Shown one piece after another: positions 9,863 to 22,230 of a DNA stretch of 64,000 nt. How positions within the stretch are numbered: the stretch's first letter is position 1; each line of letters begins with the position of its first letter. The stretch covers positions 1 to 64,000 of the forward strand of contig JBHGNT010000075.1 of assembly GCA_043228905.1 (NCBI GenBank), given 5' to 3'. Source of the DNA: Azolla caroliniana (Eukaryota > Plantae > Polypodiophyta). A program made the translations under genes and the position numbers. Below the pieces are notes generated by a model. The model had not been told where the DNA came from and ran no database searches. It saw only the letters and a program-made list of their open reading frames with translations.

Positions 9863-10742
9863 CAATTTGGAGTGAAATCATACCATAACTCGAAACGCCT
9901 TCCGTCATAGCTAAATACGGGGAGGAGATGCCAGCATGACGGGAAGAGCCGTGTGAGGCCTATAGCTCATGCACGGTTCGGGAGCCAAGCCCCAGCAGTA
10001 ATGGTGCGGCTTAGGTTAACTGTATAATTCTAGTCCCACTTTACTACGTGAAGGCGCTCTATAATATTCAGTGAAACCATTATAATACAGGGACAAAAGT
10101 CATGATGGGGACAGAGGTTTAATCAAACTGTTACACCCGCAGAATATGATCTTGGTGAATACAGGACTGAAAACTCCTGTAATCCTTTTAAAACATGAAG
10201 TGACAGCAAGAGCGCCAATCACCAAGTAAGCAAAGTTTAATTCTGTTGGGATCGAAGATTCGAATCTGGAAAAAGTGGAAGAGCTTCGTGAACCAAAAAT
10301 TATTTTGCCAGAACCACGTAAACCGGAAATTATTTTGTCAAAACCATTGAACAAGAAAATAGTTCGGATTGAACTAACCAAGATTTGGCGTGACCGCGAC
10401 AAGGTCAAAGGGTTGATTTTCAATTTAATGAAGGGTGGGTATGCCGCAGTTACTGCAGGGTTCGTGGCTTTCCTTTTCAGGAGTCCCTTTCGCAAAAATG
10501 AGAGTGAGAGGTTCCACAAAAAGAAGAAATTTTACAAAAGTAGAAAATTTAGGTTCCACAAGAATAAAAGCAGAAGTGGGAAATTTGGAAACAAAGGTCT
10601 AAAGTTTCGCAGAAGCAGAAATGAGACATTCTGCAGAAGTAGGACATCCAGAATTCTGAACACGAACCCAATAAAGCGTAATATTGCGGTAAAAGAAGAG
10701 ATTCGTGCTGCGCTAGTTTCAGAAAAGAAAAAGCACCATTGA
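9200..10742 (+). CDS. rps1: Ribosomal protein S1; exon 1 9200-9224, exon 2 10021-10742
   Basis: ACG AGC TTT GGT TAA TTA TTC CCC A | intron | ..YNSS..VNTGLKTP..ELTKIWR..KVKG..KGGYA..AGFVAFL. Confidence 0.85.
9225..10020 (+). ncRNA. Group II intron rps1i25g2
   Basis: GTGTG 5' end after nt 25, domain V gagccgtgtgagg..catgcacggttc (~9946-9980), domain VI ending AAC. Confidence 0.88.
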
Positions 10743-10794
10743 ATCGAAAGCCGCCCCCTAACCAGCAGTCTCTTCCTAAGCACCAACAGCAGCA

Positions 10795-10944
10795 AGAAAT
10801 AGTTTATTTACATGAGTAAGAAACTGACGTATTTCCATCGGTCGCTTCCGTTTCGTATATTAGTTATTTTGTATGCTTCGTATAGTTTTCTGTGAATTAG
10901 CATTAAAAGGTTCTTTAATAGGCATAAACAAGTCGTGTTGGCAG
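10795..10944 (+). pseudogene. rps14: rps14 3' half without a recognisable 5' part
   Basis: Edits to RNSSFTRVRNRC...GR..SVY..FR..RIVFRELASKGSLIGINKSCW* (CAG to UAG stop). Confidence 0.75.
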
Positions 10945-11150
10945 TACGCTGGTCGGCTTCACAAGCAAGCTGCGGGTCTTTTTCAATCACTAATTCTTAT
11001 TTTGCCCAAAATCGTTGTCGTTGGTTCACATTTTATGGCATCGCAGAAATTGATTGTAAGGCTTTAGATTATTTCAAAGGGTGGCCTAAGGTCACCCCCC
11101 TTAAATGAGAGTCCCGCCTCTCTTCATTTAAGCGGGAAAAACGTTCTGCT

Positions 11151-11221
11151 GGCTGGGTAACATAATGGCAATGTATTGGACTGCAAATCCTGGAATGACG
11201 GTTCGACTCCGTCCCTAGCCT
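11151..11221 (+). tRNA. trnC-GCA: tRNA-Cys(GCA), repeat copy
   Basis: Identical to 209-279. Confidence 0.9.
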
Positions 11222-11969
11222 ATTCTTCTTCCAAGCTCTTTTGCCATTTCCGAGTGAAAAGATTGCTGCTTTAAAGTGGAAAGAAAAGTGCAAAGCATCT
11301 TCTTGCCAGTGATTCATCAAGATTGCCGCCGGCTCGGTTTAAAGTGAAAAGAAAAGTGCTGCTTTGCTTTGCTTTGCTGGATTCGCAGATTATGGCCAGA
11401 AGATGATATTGCCTTCTTGCATGATCCTTCTGAATTTTACCAACGGAATTTCGAAATTCCAGCATTCAATTCTTTCCGCAATCTGAGCCGCATTAAAGAT
11501 TATCGTATAATAATCCATGAATATTCAGGCCTTCTTGAAAGTTCAAAAGAAGAACTTTGGTAGCCATTTATATTACACTTTTTACCGCTTCTTCTTCTTC
11601 CGCAGTGCAGTTTTCTTGCGCTTCATGAAGAAAAGGTGCTGTTTGAAATTGTAGCTTGAATCTTATCGGAAAACTAACTCTAGGCCTTCTTGATGAACAG
11701 CTATGGATAATACGGCGGAAGTTGCTTGCGGGGAAGAACCAAGGTGGTGGATGAACCCGCTGCTTCATCAGCGCGATGAAGACGATTAACGCTACTTATC
11801 GGCTACGGTAAAGTCAGACGGCCCTCAATCAACCAAAAAACATTACTGAAGATGGCCTGCGTAGCGCATACGATCTCCAATCACTAAGAGATGCAAAAGA
11901 AATTGGCTACTTCTCTGACCAAAGAGGGCAATGACGACGTAGTAATAGTTGGTAGTGACTCCTCTCATG

Positions 11970-12043
11970 GTTTAGGTAGCTCAGTTGGTTAGAGCAAAGG
12001 ACTGAAAATCCTTGGGTCAGTGGTTCAAATCCACTCCTAAACA
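11970..12043 (+). tRNA. trnF-GAA: tRNA-Phe(GAA)
   Basis: gtttaggtagctcagttggttagagcaaaggactGAAaatcctt..ggttcaaatcc..cctaaaca. Confidence 0.92.
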
Positions 12044-13099
12044 GCGAATTATTAGGTTCAAATCTCAATTATGCGCTAGATGCAACTAAAACCCGAAACC
12101 TCTTTGAGCTAGAGCCACAGAGCTCTCTATCTGTCCGATCTTAGCACCAACCCTGAGCAAATGGTGTGGCCTACCTGCTCCGGACGAGTGGCTCGAGAAT
12201 AGCGCAAAACCAAATTATGGAAATTTCGCGTAAAGTGTGGTGGACAGCCTGCCCCCTGTGGATAGGTTTTTGGGTAATATTTGTTTTTCAGATTTCCCTT
12301 CCCTTCCCTTCCCTTCCCTTCCCTGTACGCACGCGGGATCTTAATTGGAGACGTAAGCGTCGCGGAAGGGCGGGCGGCATTCTCCCCACGCACGACGGTA
12401 CCCCGTTTCTTTATAAACACGTAATCAGGGATTGGCTCTCTTTCGCGAACTTTCTATACTCCGAAAGACGACAAAGAATAAGACCAGTTCTTGTTCCAAC
12501 CTGAGCTTCAATGCTCGCACCTACTCTCCGCCTTTACTCAAGGATACCGCCTTTCCTTTCCTTTCCTTTCCTTTCCTTTCCTTTCCTTTCCTTTCCTTTC
12601 CTTTCCTCTCAAGGCTTCTGTGCGCTTTCTTTTTGCTCGTGGTTTTGATCCTACTGAACACTTATTCTTACTATTAGAGTATGAAATTCCACCTTTTTCT
12701 ATTTATAAAGGGATTTATTGGAGGGAAGGAAGGGAGGTCACTACGCTAAAGCGCCTTCGCGGCGGAAGGGAGGTTTGAAAGGTCAATTCCCCTTTCCTGA
12801 AGTGCGTTTTGTCAGGCTAAGAAAAGGGTAAATAGAAGTCTCGGTTGCCCGCCCTTTATATCCCTTTATAGAAGTCTTTAAGCGAACAAGCTTTCTCTTC
12901 CCTTCCATTTCCGCAACAATGGATAGAGCCGTCATACTACCTTCACCTAATTGGAGACTTGATTTAGCCGCTCTTTCCAAAAGACAAGAATGTAAATGAA
13001 AAACATCTCCCGGATATGCTTCTTGCTAGATGGTCTTCTTAGTAACAGAGAGATTTGTCGATAAGCTTGGGCTTGTTTAGAAAGATCATCGTGAATAAT

Positions 13100-13407
13100 C
13101 AAGGATGGCTGTTTACGATGGACTGTCCTCTCCTGAACAGATTCGCAGTTGGGCCGAAAGAGAGTTACCTAATGGAATGGAGACCTGGGCAAGTTGATTA
13201 ACCTTCTACGTTGCATTACAAGACTCATAAACCAGAGAAAGATGGTTCATTTCGTGAAAGAATATTCGGGGGCGGAAACTACCGATCTGTCGATAATGAA
13301 GAAGAATATTCCAATTCTCGTAAGCATTGTGGAGTCAAGTTTACCGACTCTCGGGTTCGAAGATATCGAATGGGATACATCAAACTAGCATGTCCAGTAA
13401 CCCACGC
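13100..13407 (+). pseudogene. rpoC1: Plastid-derived rpoC1 5' fragment
   Basis: [57 protein letters not shown], with frameshifts and deletions. Confidence 0.85.
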
Positions 13408-15339
13408 CAAAACGAATTCCCAAAAAGTTACATTGCAAATCGCTAAACCCCGAACTAGAAAGCCCAGTATATTGCGATGCGTGACTCGGGAAACCAACCT
13501 ATGGGTTCTTTCATCAATTATTGGAGCTTGCTTGAAATAAGCACGATAGTTCATTCTTCACTGATTGATGGGCTATAGTCCAACGTGATTTGATTTGGCA
13601 TATGAGTGAAAGACAACCGCTTCTTCCGCTTCCGCTTCCGCTTCCGCTTCCGCTTCCGCTTCCGCATGATGAAAACCGCTTCTTTTCTTCGGCCGGCTTC
13701 TTCCGGAAATGGGTAAATCTCCCCGCTTCATCCGCGGAAGCAGGATTTGAACCGTAGACCAATCGCGGATGAAGCGGTTAACAGCGCGCGCTGAGCCACC
13801 AACAAAAAAAATGTACGGTTAGTATCATATACATTCTTTGACTCTTGTTACTTGAGCCGCCTCTGAATTTGCAAAACGTTAAGCCGACATTTCCTAAACT
13901 TTACGTACACCCTAACTCTTATTATAGGAAGAAGCGGCAGCGATAGCAATCCTATTTTTATAGAGCCCCTGACCTACATTTTGTTTGGTGACATGTTGGA
14001 GGATTCTATACGCTCTAAAGGATACAGAGACGTGATAGCGAAGGGGAGAGCACAAGGTTTGGTGGTTATAGGACTTACCTTAGACGAGACAGGAGCACCG
14101 TTGAAGAGAGATATGAGATCTTCTCTTGTGTTGCAGATGATGGAGATGGACCCCGCCCGCCCTGGGAGGAGCCGACCAACTCAATTTCTTGATATTTGCA
14201 AGGGAAACATTTCTCATAATCTCGGAGGGGAAAGGGGGCGGACATTTGCTCTCGGGGGAAGACCCGCTCCGATAGAGAATAAGGGAATTAATCCCCTAAA
14301 GCAACCAACTAGGTAAAGTTCAGCTACTGCCAGCTGAATTATTCTCTAAAGATGACCAAACCAAATATGCCTTAGTGCTTTTTTTTATTTGGACAATATC
14401 AGCAATTTCATTGCATTCTTCTTTTCTTTTTTGTATTTTGTGGTAATATCGATATTCATTTATGTATGCGACGGACAATTGCTTGCTGTCGGGGGAAGAC
14501 CCGCTCCGATAGAGAATAAGGCAAGGTTGCTCGCCTAAAGCAACCAACTTTCGTTGCTCTAATTTAGTTTAGCGCAGAAGGTTAGGTTGATACAACTAAA
14601 TTTCGGGGGCGGACCCTGCCCCGAAGTATTATAGGATCGAAAATGACAAGAACAGAAGAAAAGTTTTTACGGAAAAGAACGGTAACAGCTCCGCGTCGTT
14701 CTCTCGAAGAATCGCCATGATGAATCCTCGTGCAATTCATTCTGTAAACGAACTAAGTTTATGATAATGTCTTCGTCAAACTGCCTGCCTGCCTGCCTGC
14801 CTGCCTGCTGTAATCTTTCCAATTTGTTCTGTATTCTTTCCAGTTCGTTCTGTAAACTTTTTGATAATGTCCATGTTTTATCTAATCTGTTTCGTGAGAT
14901 TCCCTTCTTTTCTTGTATTTATAGCTTTTTGCTTTTCTTCTCAATAAGATGGTCATATAACCCTTAGTGCTTTTTGCTTTTCTTCTCAATAAGATGATCA
15001 TATGACCCTTAGTGCTTTTTGCTTTGCAAAAGAAAACTCATTTTTATTGATCTCTATGGGAATCGCTACCACCCTGTACTAGGATTGGTCCTTTAGAAAT
15101 CCCATTGGTCCAGTACTTCCCCGGGACTGCACGGATGACGCTTCGCCTACCCTGAAGGATAAGCTTCCGATATCTTTTGACGTAACGTTTATTCAATTAC
15201 CCTTTTCCCAGCAGATGCTATGTATGCCTCGGACTCAGCGATAATTATGTCCCTAACATACCAAAACTAGCAGTAGCACCACTCGTAGTTAGATAGGTGG
15301 GAACTGATATATAGAATAATCTTCTCTGAACTTGATGGA

Positions 15340-15660
15340 TCTGTAGAACGGCTTGACGGCCGGCGCGGCGGAAATCTCGGCCATTTGCATTAGGCTCAAC
15401 GTCCCTTCTTGCATACGTGCCCCTTCGAAAGCACAGACAATGATTATTAGCAAAGACTTATCCGTGGCATATTCAATTAAGCGAGTGATCTTCTTACCTA
15501 AAACGGAACCCATACTACCTCCCATGAATTAAAAGTCCATGACACCAAGCGCTATACTATACCCCATTGAAATATTCTATACCTGTTTGAACAGCATCAG
15601 TTAAACCTGTTCTTCTCTGGGAAGCAGTAATACGATTCTGATGAGAATCCTCAGCGGCGG
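15340..15660 (-). pseudogene. accD: Plastid-derived accD fragment
   Basis: [51 protein letters not shown]. Confidence 0.85.
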
Positions 15661-15779
15661 GGCGGTTCATGCGGCGGAGAAACTTGGAACATCTCATGCA
15701 GTCATGTCTTCATCCATTAGGAAATCGATAGAATAATGGCAGGTTATTCCGGTAGACTGTAAGCCGTGATGAATTGAAG

Positions 15780-16035
15780 GGTTTTGTTCCAACATGCATG
15801 AAAGAGGGTTGTTCTTAACGTTTATCAATTTTTCGGACTAGCTCTGTTGAAGAGCTCGTATGAGAGTTGGCTCAACCTAGCCCCAACAATGGCAGAATAT
15901 TTCCGAGATGTCAACGAGCAAGCTGTACCTTTATTCATTGACAACATCTTCCGCTTCGCCCAAAATCGCGGAATCAGAAGTCTCTGCTTTCTTTTTGGCA
16001 GGTAGAATGCCGATGAAAACCGCTTCTTCGGCCGT

Positions 16036-16068
<33 letters not shown>

Positions 16069-16260
16069 CGTGGGTTATCAACTGGTTCTTCCCGGCCGGC
16101 CAGGTCTCTATAGGAAAGAATTCCAGATCAATAACTTCCATTCAAGCGCACCTGCGGATGATCTGACTGACCTAGCCCCCGCTACAACCATTTGCACACC
16201 TAGATGCTACTACTGCGCCGCTTTCGAGAAGATTAGCAGAAGAATATCTATGCGGCCCAT
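15780..16260 (+). pseudogene. atpB: Plastid-derived atpB fragment interrupted by GCAA microsatellite
   Basis: [46 protein letters not shown]. Confidence 0.85.
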
Positions 16261-16969
16261 TCATTCGTCTTCATGAGGCGGTGAGGGCCAAAAAAAAAGC
16301 CAAGACAGCTTCGGAGCGAACTCTGTTACCAGAGCCGAGAACAGCTTTAGACAATTCCGTCAGGCACCACGAAGGGCTGGCTTGAGAAGTATCGCAAGAC
16401 TTGACTTTCTGCGCCCTACTCTCAATGAGTCAAACTCTCCGTATCCATTACTCTTTTACAATCGATTATTTGATAGATCTGGAATGTGATGAGATACACT
16501 CTAATCATCTCATAGGACCGCCCCGATGAAAACCAGCAGACCTAATCACCTTACGATGGTTAGCGGAATTCTCTCTCGGTAAATTGGGTCAATGAGACCA
16601 TCGGCGTTCGTTTCAGAATCGGATAGTTACACGTCCCACATCCACTAGTCGCCGGGCCACCGAACATTGCTTCAACCATAAGGCAGCCAGAAAATTGGAC
16701 CTTTAGTTTAGTTAGGTTTTCATCGCTTTCCGCACGCCTGGTAGAAAGCGGGTCGACCTTCCCCCCATTTACTTTATTTCATAGAAGCAATAGCGGCATG
16801 TATAGTGCTCGGTCTATCTAATTTGTATCGGAACGAAAGCAGCAGCAATGAACCGCTTCATCCGCGAGTCTTCCATCGACAAAGGACTGGCTCTGGCTCA
16901 CGACGAATGCAAGCTGGAAAACACGGAACTCGGTACTTGGTTAGTGAAACCATGCATGAAAAATCAAGT

Positions 16970-17042
16970 TACCTACTACTGGATTCGAACCAATGACTTT
17001 CGCCGTATGAAAGCGATACTCTAACCCCTGAGTTAAGTAGGT
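16970..17042 (-). tRNA. trnM-CAU: tRNA-Met(CAU), plastid-type elongator
   Basis: Reverse complement acctacttaactcaggggttagagtatcgcttTCATacggcgaaagtcattggttcgaatccagtagtaggta. Confidence 0.85.
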
Positions 17043-17445
17043 TGGGCAGTTTCATAGCAGCCAGCCCGTTTCATCGAGCCTCGGAAGTCAAGGCGGCCAT
17101 TCTATCTACAAGATTTTCTGTCAATTCCTTTCGAAAACAACAACTTTTTTTGCTCTGCCTTTCTGACATTTTCAAACAAAAAAGAGGCAGCTCCAATCTT
17201 AGCTCTATAGGAGGGTACTACGGGCGGAAAAGCAAGCCAGCTTTTTCCCTCGTCCTCGAGCGGTTCAGCGAGCGCGCTTTCGAATGGATGATGTCGAGGC
17301 GTAAGGTGAGTGCAAGGGGCAACTTAACTGTACAGCCTAGCCACGTTTACAGATGGCCCCTTCAACAACACAACTGGGCCGAAGCGGAGTGATCTTTGAA
17401 GTACACTTTCTTTTGTAATCATGTAATTACTATAAGTCTCAAGTC

Positions 17446-17518
17446 TGGGTGTAGCAGGACTTGAACCTGCGACCATTAGATTAAAAGCCCAATGCTCTAC
17501 CAACTGAGCTATACACCC
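17446..17518 (-). tRNA. trnK-UUU: tRNA-Lys(UUU)
   Basis: Reverse complement gggtgtatagctcagttggtagagcattgggctTTTaatctaatggtcgcaggttcaagtcctgctacaccca. Confidence 0.92.
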
Positions 17519-18318
17519 AAATGTATTGTATTACTATTACTAATTATAAGATAGATTTCTATGTGGTAATTGAACGAAAAAGAACAACTCTGACCCGGTT
17601 CGCCGGGCATATCGCGATGGCATTATATTAGTATATATAAATGAATGTTATATAGGTAACTATCCTTTGATTCAGACGCTTCATTTGCTTCATGCCAACC
17701 ATTAATACCCTTCTTCGCCTTTCCATGGGCTATTTTCAAAATATTCCTCTGTCGTCGTCTTAGGCAGGCTTTCACATTCCATTTGAGTTCTGATAATTGA
17801 AAGATTGCATTCTCAAGCAAGCAAGCAAGCAAGCAAGCAAGTTGGAAGGTTTTCTGGATTCAAACGATTGACTTGGTACATCACACTCTCCCATGGAGGC
17901 CTACCTGGTACTGCAAAGCCTTGCCCTTTCGTGGCCGAAAACCCCACCCATGATTTCCATGCCGAGCCTGCTTAGATAAGAGTACGTGACCTGACTTTTT
18001 GAATCAAATTGAATTGAAAGGTGGTAAAGTGGCACAAATCGATTAATTGAGGGAAGCATAAAGGCTTTAAGCAGCAGCCAAGCCAGCACGGAGGGGCAAA
18101 GAATGAGCCAACCGCCACAGAATGGGCTCTAAATGACCTAAACTAATGTTTGAACACTACGCTAAACGAGAAAAGGCATAGCCTGTGTAAAAAGGGTAGA
18201 GACTGACAAGGTTGGTTTTTCCGCTACATGCTCTACTCGGAGGGCAGAGGTGGTCGGGCTTCTTTTCCATCAATATCATCAACTCCGACTTGAGAAAACA
18301 AACTTGGCATGATGCTAA

Positions 18319-18392
18319 CGGGGAAAACGGGGCTCGAACCCGCGACTTCTGGCGTGACAAACCAGCACTCTAACCAACTGAGCTATTTCCCC
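18319..18392 (-). tRNA. trnD-GUC: tRNA-Asp(GUC)
   Basis: Reverse complement ggggaaatagctcagttggttagagtgctggtttGTCacgccagaagtcgcgggttcgagccccgttttccccg. Confidence 0.92.
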
Positions 18393-18462
18393 TGGAAATG
18401 GGGGATTCATCAAGCCCCCCATCCCGTACGTAGGTACAACCTATTTGTTCTCCTTTGTTTTC

Positions 18463-18687
18463 TCGAGATACGAATGATGTTGAAAAGGCCATCGTCGAAG
18501 CAGACGGGACGATAACTTCTGTTAAGGCAAAGCCTGGAGTAACATAACCGAATGATTATTTGGCTAATAAGAGATTTCACGCCACAAAGGTTGTCGAAGG
18601 ACTAGATACGTTTCCAGTACCTGCTACTGCTCCCGCTGAGGCAATGATAGCCGCTCCTACTCCAATTAATTTCGCACCTTCTAGCGT
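18463..18687 (-). CDS. atp9: ATP synthase subunit 9, intronless; ACG start and CGA stop created by editing
   Basis: 75 codons editing to [73 protein letters not shown]. Confidence 0.93.
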
Positions 18688-18834
18688 AACTAACTATTGG
18701 GTGTCTGTTAGGGTCACGAGAGAGACTATAATGCGCTGCCAAGGGTCACTTACAAGGCGGTTCATCAAACCCGCCCCTTTTTCATCATGAAGGCCTTCAT
18801 GATGAACCGGTTCATGATGAACGGGGAGCCAGCC

Positions 18835-18870
18835 GGAGGTATGACTGAGCGGCTTAAGGCATTGGTTTGC
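18835..18870 (+). pseudogene. 5' half of trnS(GCU), truncated within the anticodon
   Basis: ggaggtatgactgagcggcttaaggcattggtttgc resembles the 5' half of mitochondrial trnS-GCU. Confidence 0.6.
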
Positions 18871-19411
18871 GGGTGAAATAGTTGTCCCTGGCAGAATTGG
18901 CTATCGACTCCAAATAACAGGTGACGGGAACATCTGGAAATTTAGTAAATAGGCAGTCCGCATTGCTTCCCTTTTGCTTTACGGAGGTTCCTTGGCTCTA
19001 CCTTCAGGCAGGCAGGGTTTCTCTTTCTTCTTTTTACGCAGGCTATGTATGTAGTTCGGCTGAATCTCTCTTTCTTTGCACGCACTTTCTCTAGCCTGTT
19101 CATCGTTCAACATGTCGATTTCCATTCTAGTTCTCCACCCACTTTTGGCTTCGGTTTGCGACTGAAGGGACGAGCGCCGATCTCTTTCTGAAAGGTTAAC
19201 TCGATGAAAGCGGATCTGCATTCCTTTTCGAGGGTTTATCTTGCCTTTTTTTCTCCTCAAGAGAAGAGATTGGCGGGTCGACCGGCGATGAGGATTTTGA
19301 TATGCTGTGGGGAACCGATGAAGCGGGTCTGATATAATGAACCGGCTTCTAGGCGGTAAGCCTGGGCGCTCCATGTGAAGTCTCCCCTCTCGTCCCTTAC
19401 AAGTCCTAGGT

Positions 19412-19444
<33 letters not shown>

Positions 19445-19995
19445 CGTCAGAGTTTGATTCGCTCTCATCAGTCGAAGGGGGATCTCCGGCACGCACCTTC
19501 GCTACTCCTCCAGTGACTCTTCCGGCGCACTTGTCTCGTTGACATGAGCACGCTTTCGGTCACAAGAGTTAGATTGTGCACAAAATAAAAACTACGCGAA
19601 TTGACCGCCCGCCGTTGAGTGACGAATTTGTTCATCCGGATGAAAAGGCTCGCGCGCGGGGAAGGGGAATGCCGCGGTGCATATGGTCTCGTTCGTTCGT
19701 TGGCCCATCGTTGGTTGGTTGTTGAGAACGTCAGTCAGCCGGCAAGCAAAATTTCAACTGAACCCCCCAATCGCTCAAGACTTCGATCAACGAACAGATT
19801 GTCTTGTCGTCGGCAATTCAGAAAGTGTTAAGACACCCACATGAGACGATGCGGTGGGTTCAGCGGGGGATGTTTACATTCTGAACCACGAGAAACCAGC
19901 CCTCACTCATCGTGGGGACTACGGGACCTTGGGGTCCTGTGGACCTCTTGCTCAACCCTCTAACGAAGAGGCTAGGGACCTTTTGCTAGCCTCCC

Positions 19996-20031
<36 letters not shown>

Positions 20032-20036
20032 AAAGT

Positions 20037-20108
20037 TATCCCTTACGGGAATCGAACCCGTTTCTTCGACATGAAAAGACGATGTCCTAACCACTAGACG
20101 AAAGGGAC
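20037..20108 (-). tRNA. trnE-UUC: tRNA-Glu(UUC)
   Basis: Reverse complement gtccctttcgtctagtggttaggacatcgtcttTTCatgtcgaagaaacgggttcgattcccgtaagggata. Confidence 0.9.
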
Positions 20109-20474
20109 TTGGCTTTGAAAACCTGATGAAGACGTGCTTGAATCAACTCTACACCCAGCCAGATGCTTATGGCAAGAGGTTAAAGCACTACGATCTGTAG
20201 TACCTCCTCTCAATCCTAGGACCTTCGGGTTAACCATTTCCTACTATCTATAGGAGGCATAGTCTTCACAACTCTATATACGAAATTTCCGGGTTTCAAA
20301 ATGAATGCCTAGATGACTCAGAAGGTCATGTCTTCAGAGAAGTTTCAGGCAGGCAGGTTACAATGCTTGTTTGATCCGTGGACAGAGTTATGCCACAAGA
20401 AGCCGCAAGAAGCGCAGAGAAAGACGTGGAAAAAGGACGGAGCGAAAGGTTACCCGCCCAGTACACGGCAATAA

Positions 20475-20548
20475 TCGAGGTGACAGGATTCGAACCTATG
20501 GCCCTCTGTACCCAAAACAGATGCGCTACCAGACTGCGCTACACCTCG
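20475..20548 (-). tRNA. trnP-UGG: tRNA-Pro(UGG)
   Basis: Reverse complement cgaggtgtagcgcagtctggtagcgcatctgtttTGGgtacagagggccataggttcgaatcctgtcacctcga. Confidence 0.92.
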
Positions 20549-20584
<36 letters not shown>

Positions 20585-20803
20585 GCGTGGGCCATCCCCA
20601 GCAGTAATGGTTGAGGGCCGGCGTAAGCTATCGATTAGCGCCTAAGCCGCTTGGTTGGCACCCGATCTCTCATCACTCAATCTCGGGAAGGGAAAAGGGC
20701 CTAGAAAGAAAGTCTTATGTCCTTGCAGCAAGCAAGTCGCAGCAATGCAATGAAGGCCTTCGCTTTGTCGTCGTCTTTCGATCTATACGTTTTTCGAACT
20801 CCA

Positions 20804-20836
<33 letters not shown>

Positions 20837-21189
20837 GCTTTAGGCTTTAGCGAGGTTCATGAAATCTCGAAGAAAGCAGCAAGCAGCTGGGGTCTTTGAA
20901 TAGTTAACGTCTCACAGGTCATGAGGCGGCTCGAAAGTCAAAGAATGTATATGATACTAACCGTACATTTTCCCTTCCCGCGCTGGTAGCTCAACTGTTA
21001 ACCGCTTCATCCGCGATTGGTCTACGGTTTCAATCCCTTCATGCGCTTCATGAAGAAGCGCTTCCTCCTCGCGCATAGCGCTTCATCCGGCCGGGCCGGG
21101 CCGGGCCGGGCCGGGCCGGCATTTACCCAACTTGGAATTAACTTCATCAAGTCAGTACAGTTAACGAAAGGACGCTGGCGCTTCCCTTT

Positions 21190-21409
21190 GAGATTCCCTC
21201 CAGCCACAGGTTCCCCTACGACTACCATGTTACGACTTCACCCCAGTCACTGACCCAACCGTGATATGCGCCAAGAAGACCACCAATACCAAAATGGGCC
21301 ACACTCAACTAGGCATGGAACACTTTAGTAATGGGTGATCTCTGGTCGATGCTTCGGGCGAAACCAATTCCCAGGGTGTGACGGGCGGTGTGTACGGGGC
21401 CCGAGTACA

Positions 21410-21459
<50 letters not shown>

Positions 21460-21895
21460 TTCTCGAGTTGCAGAGAACAATCCGAACTGAGGCAATCTTT
21501 CTGGATTCGCTCCGCCTTACGGCCCTGCTTCCTATTGTAATTGCCATTGTAGCACGTGTGTAGCCCAGCCCATAAGGGCCATGCGGACTTGACGTCATCC
21601 TCACCTTCCTCCATAGTAGAACTACGGGCAGTCTCTTGTGAGTGCAACATCGGCACAGAGGGAGTGTCATCAATCCTGGCTAACCGCTGACTGAACACAG
21701 ATTCATGGGCAGGTACCGATGAAGCGGCTCACTTACCACCGGCTCGCTCGTCGGAACCTCAAGTTCGTCGGAAGCCAGCCCATGTTCTATGTTCCTGCTT
21801 GCCGAGGGTGAATGATGACATTGATCCTCTGGGAGCAGCATATCTTAGCAACACAAAACGAGGGTTTCGCTCGTTATAGGAGTTAACCAAAAACG

Positions 21896-21934
<39 letters not shown>

Positions 21935-22041
21935 ATGAATTTTCGTTTCATCCCGTTAAGGACAAGCACACCGGTTCATATGTCAAGTGTTCATACGTCA
22001 AGTGTTCATATGTCAAGGGCTGGTAAGGTTTTGCGCGTTGT

Positions 22042-22074
<33 letters not shown>

Positions 22075-22194
22075 AGGCCCCCGTCAATTCCTTTGAGTTT
22101 CAGTCTTGCGACCGTACTCCCCAGGCGGAGTGTTTAACGCGTTAGCTGGGCCCCCGATCCGCGGACCAAGGACGAACACTCATCGTTTACGGCA

Positions 22195-22230
<36 letters not shown>

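Larger units (their letters stand above)
6277..11585 (+). repeat. ~5.3 kb direct repeat copy A (cox3, rps1, rps14 fragment, trnC)
   Basis: Matches 34194-39514 apart from small indels (offset 27917, then 27924). Confidence 0.95.

Noticed and set aside
9940-10020. Domain V/VI as the missing 3' end of the nad7 intron
   Set aside because: It is followed by rps1 exon 2 and pairs with the GTGTG start at 9225, so it belongs to rps1i25g2
20371-20899. ORFs with LACLLACL, ASKQASKQ or FPFLS repeats
   Set aside because: Translations of (GCTT)n and (CCTTT)n microsatellites
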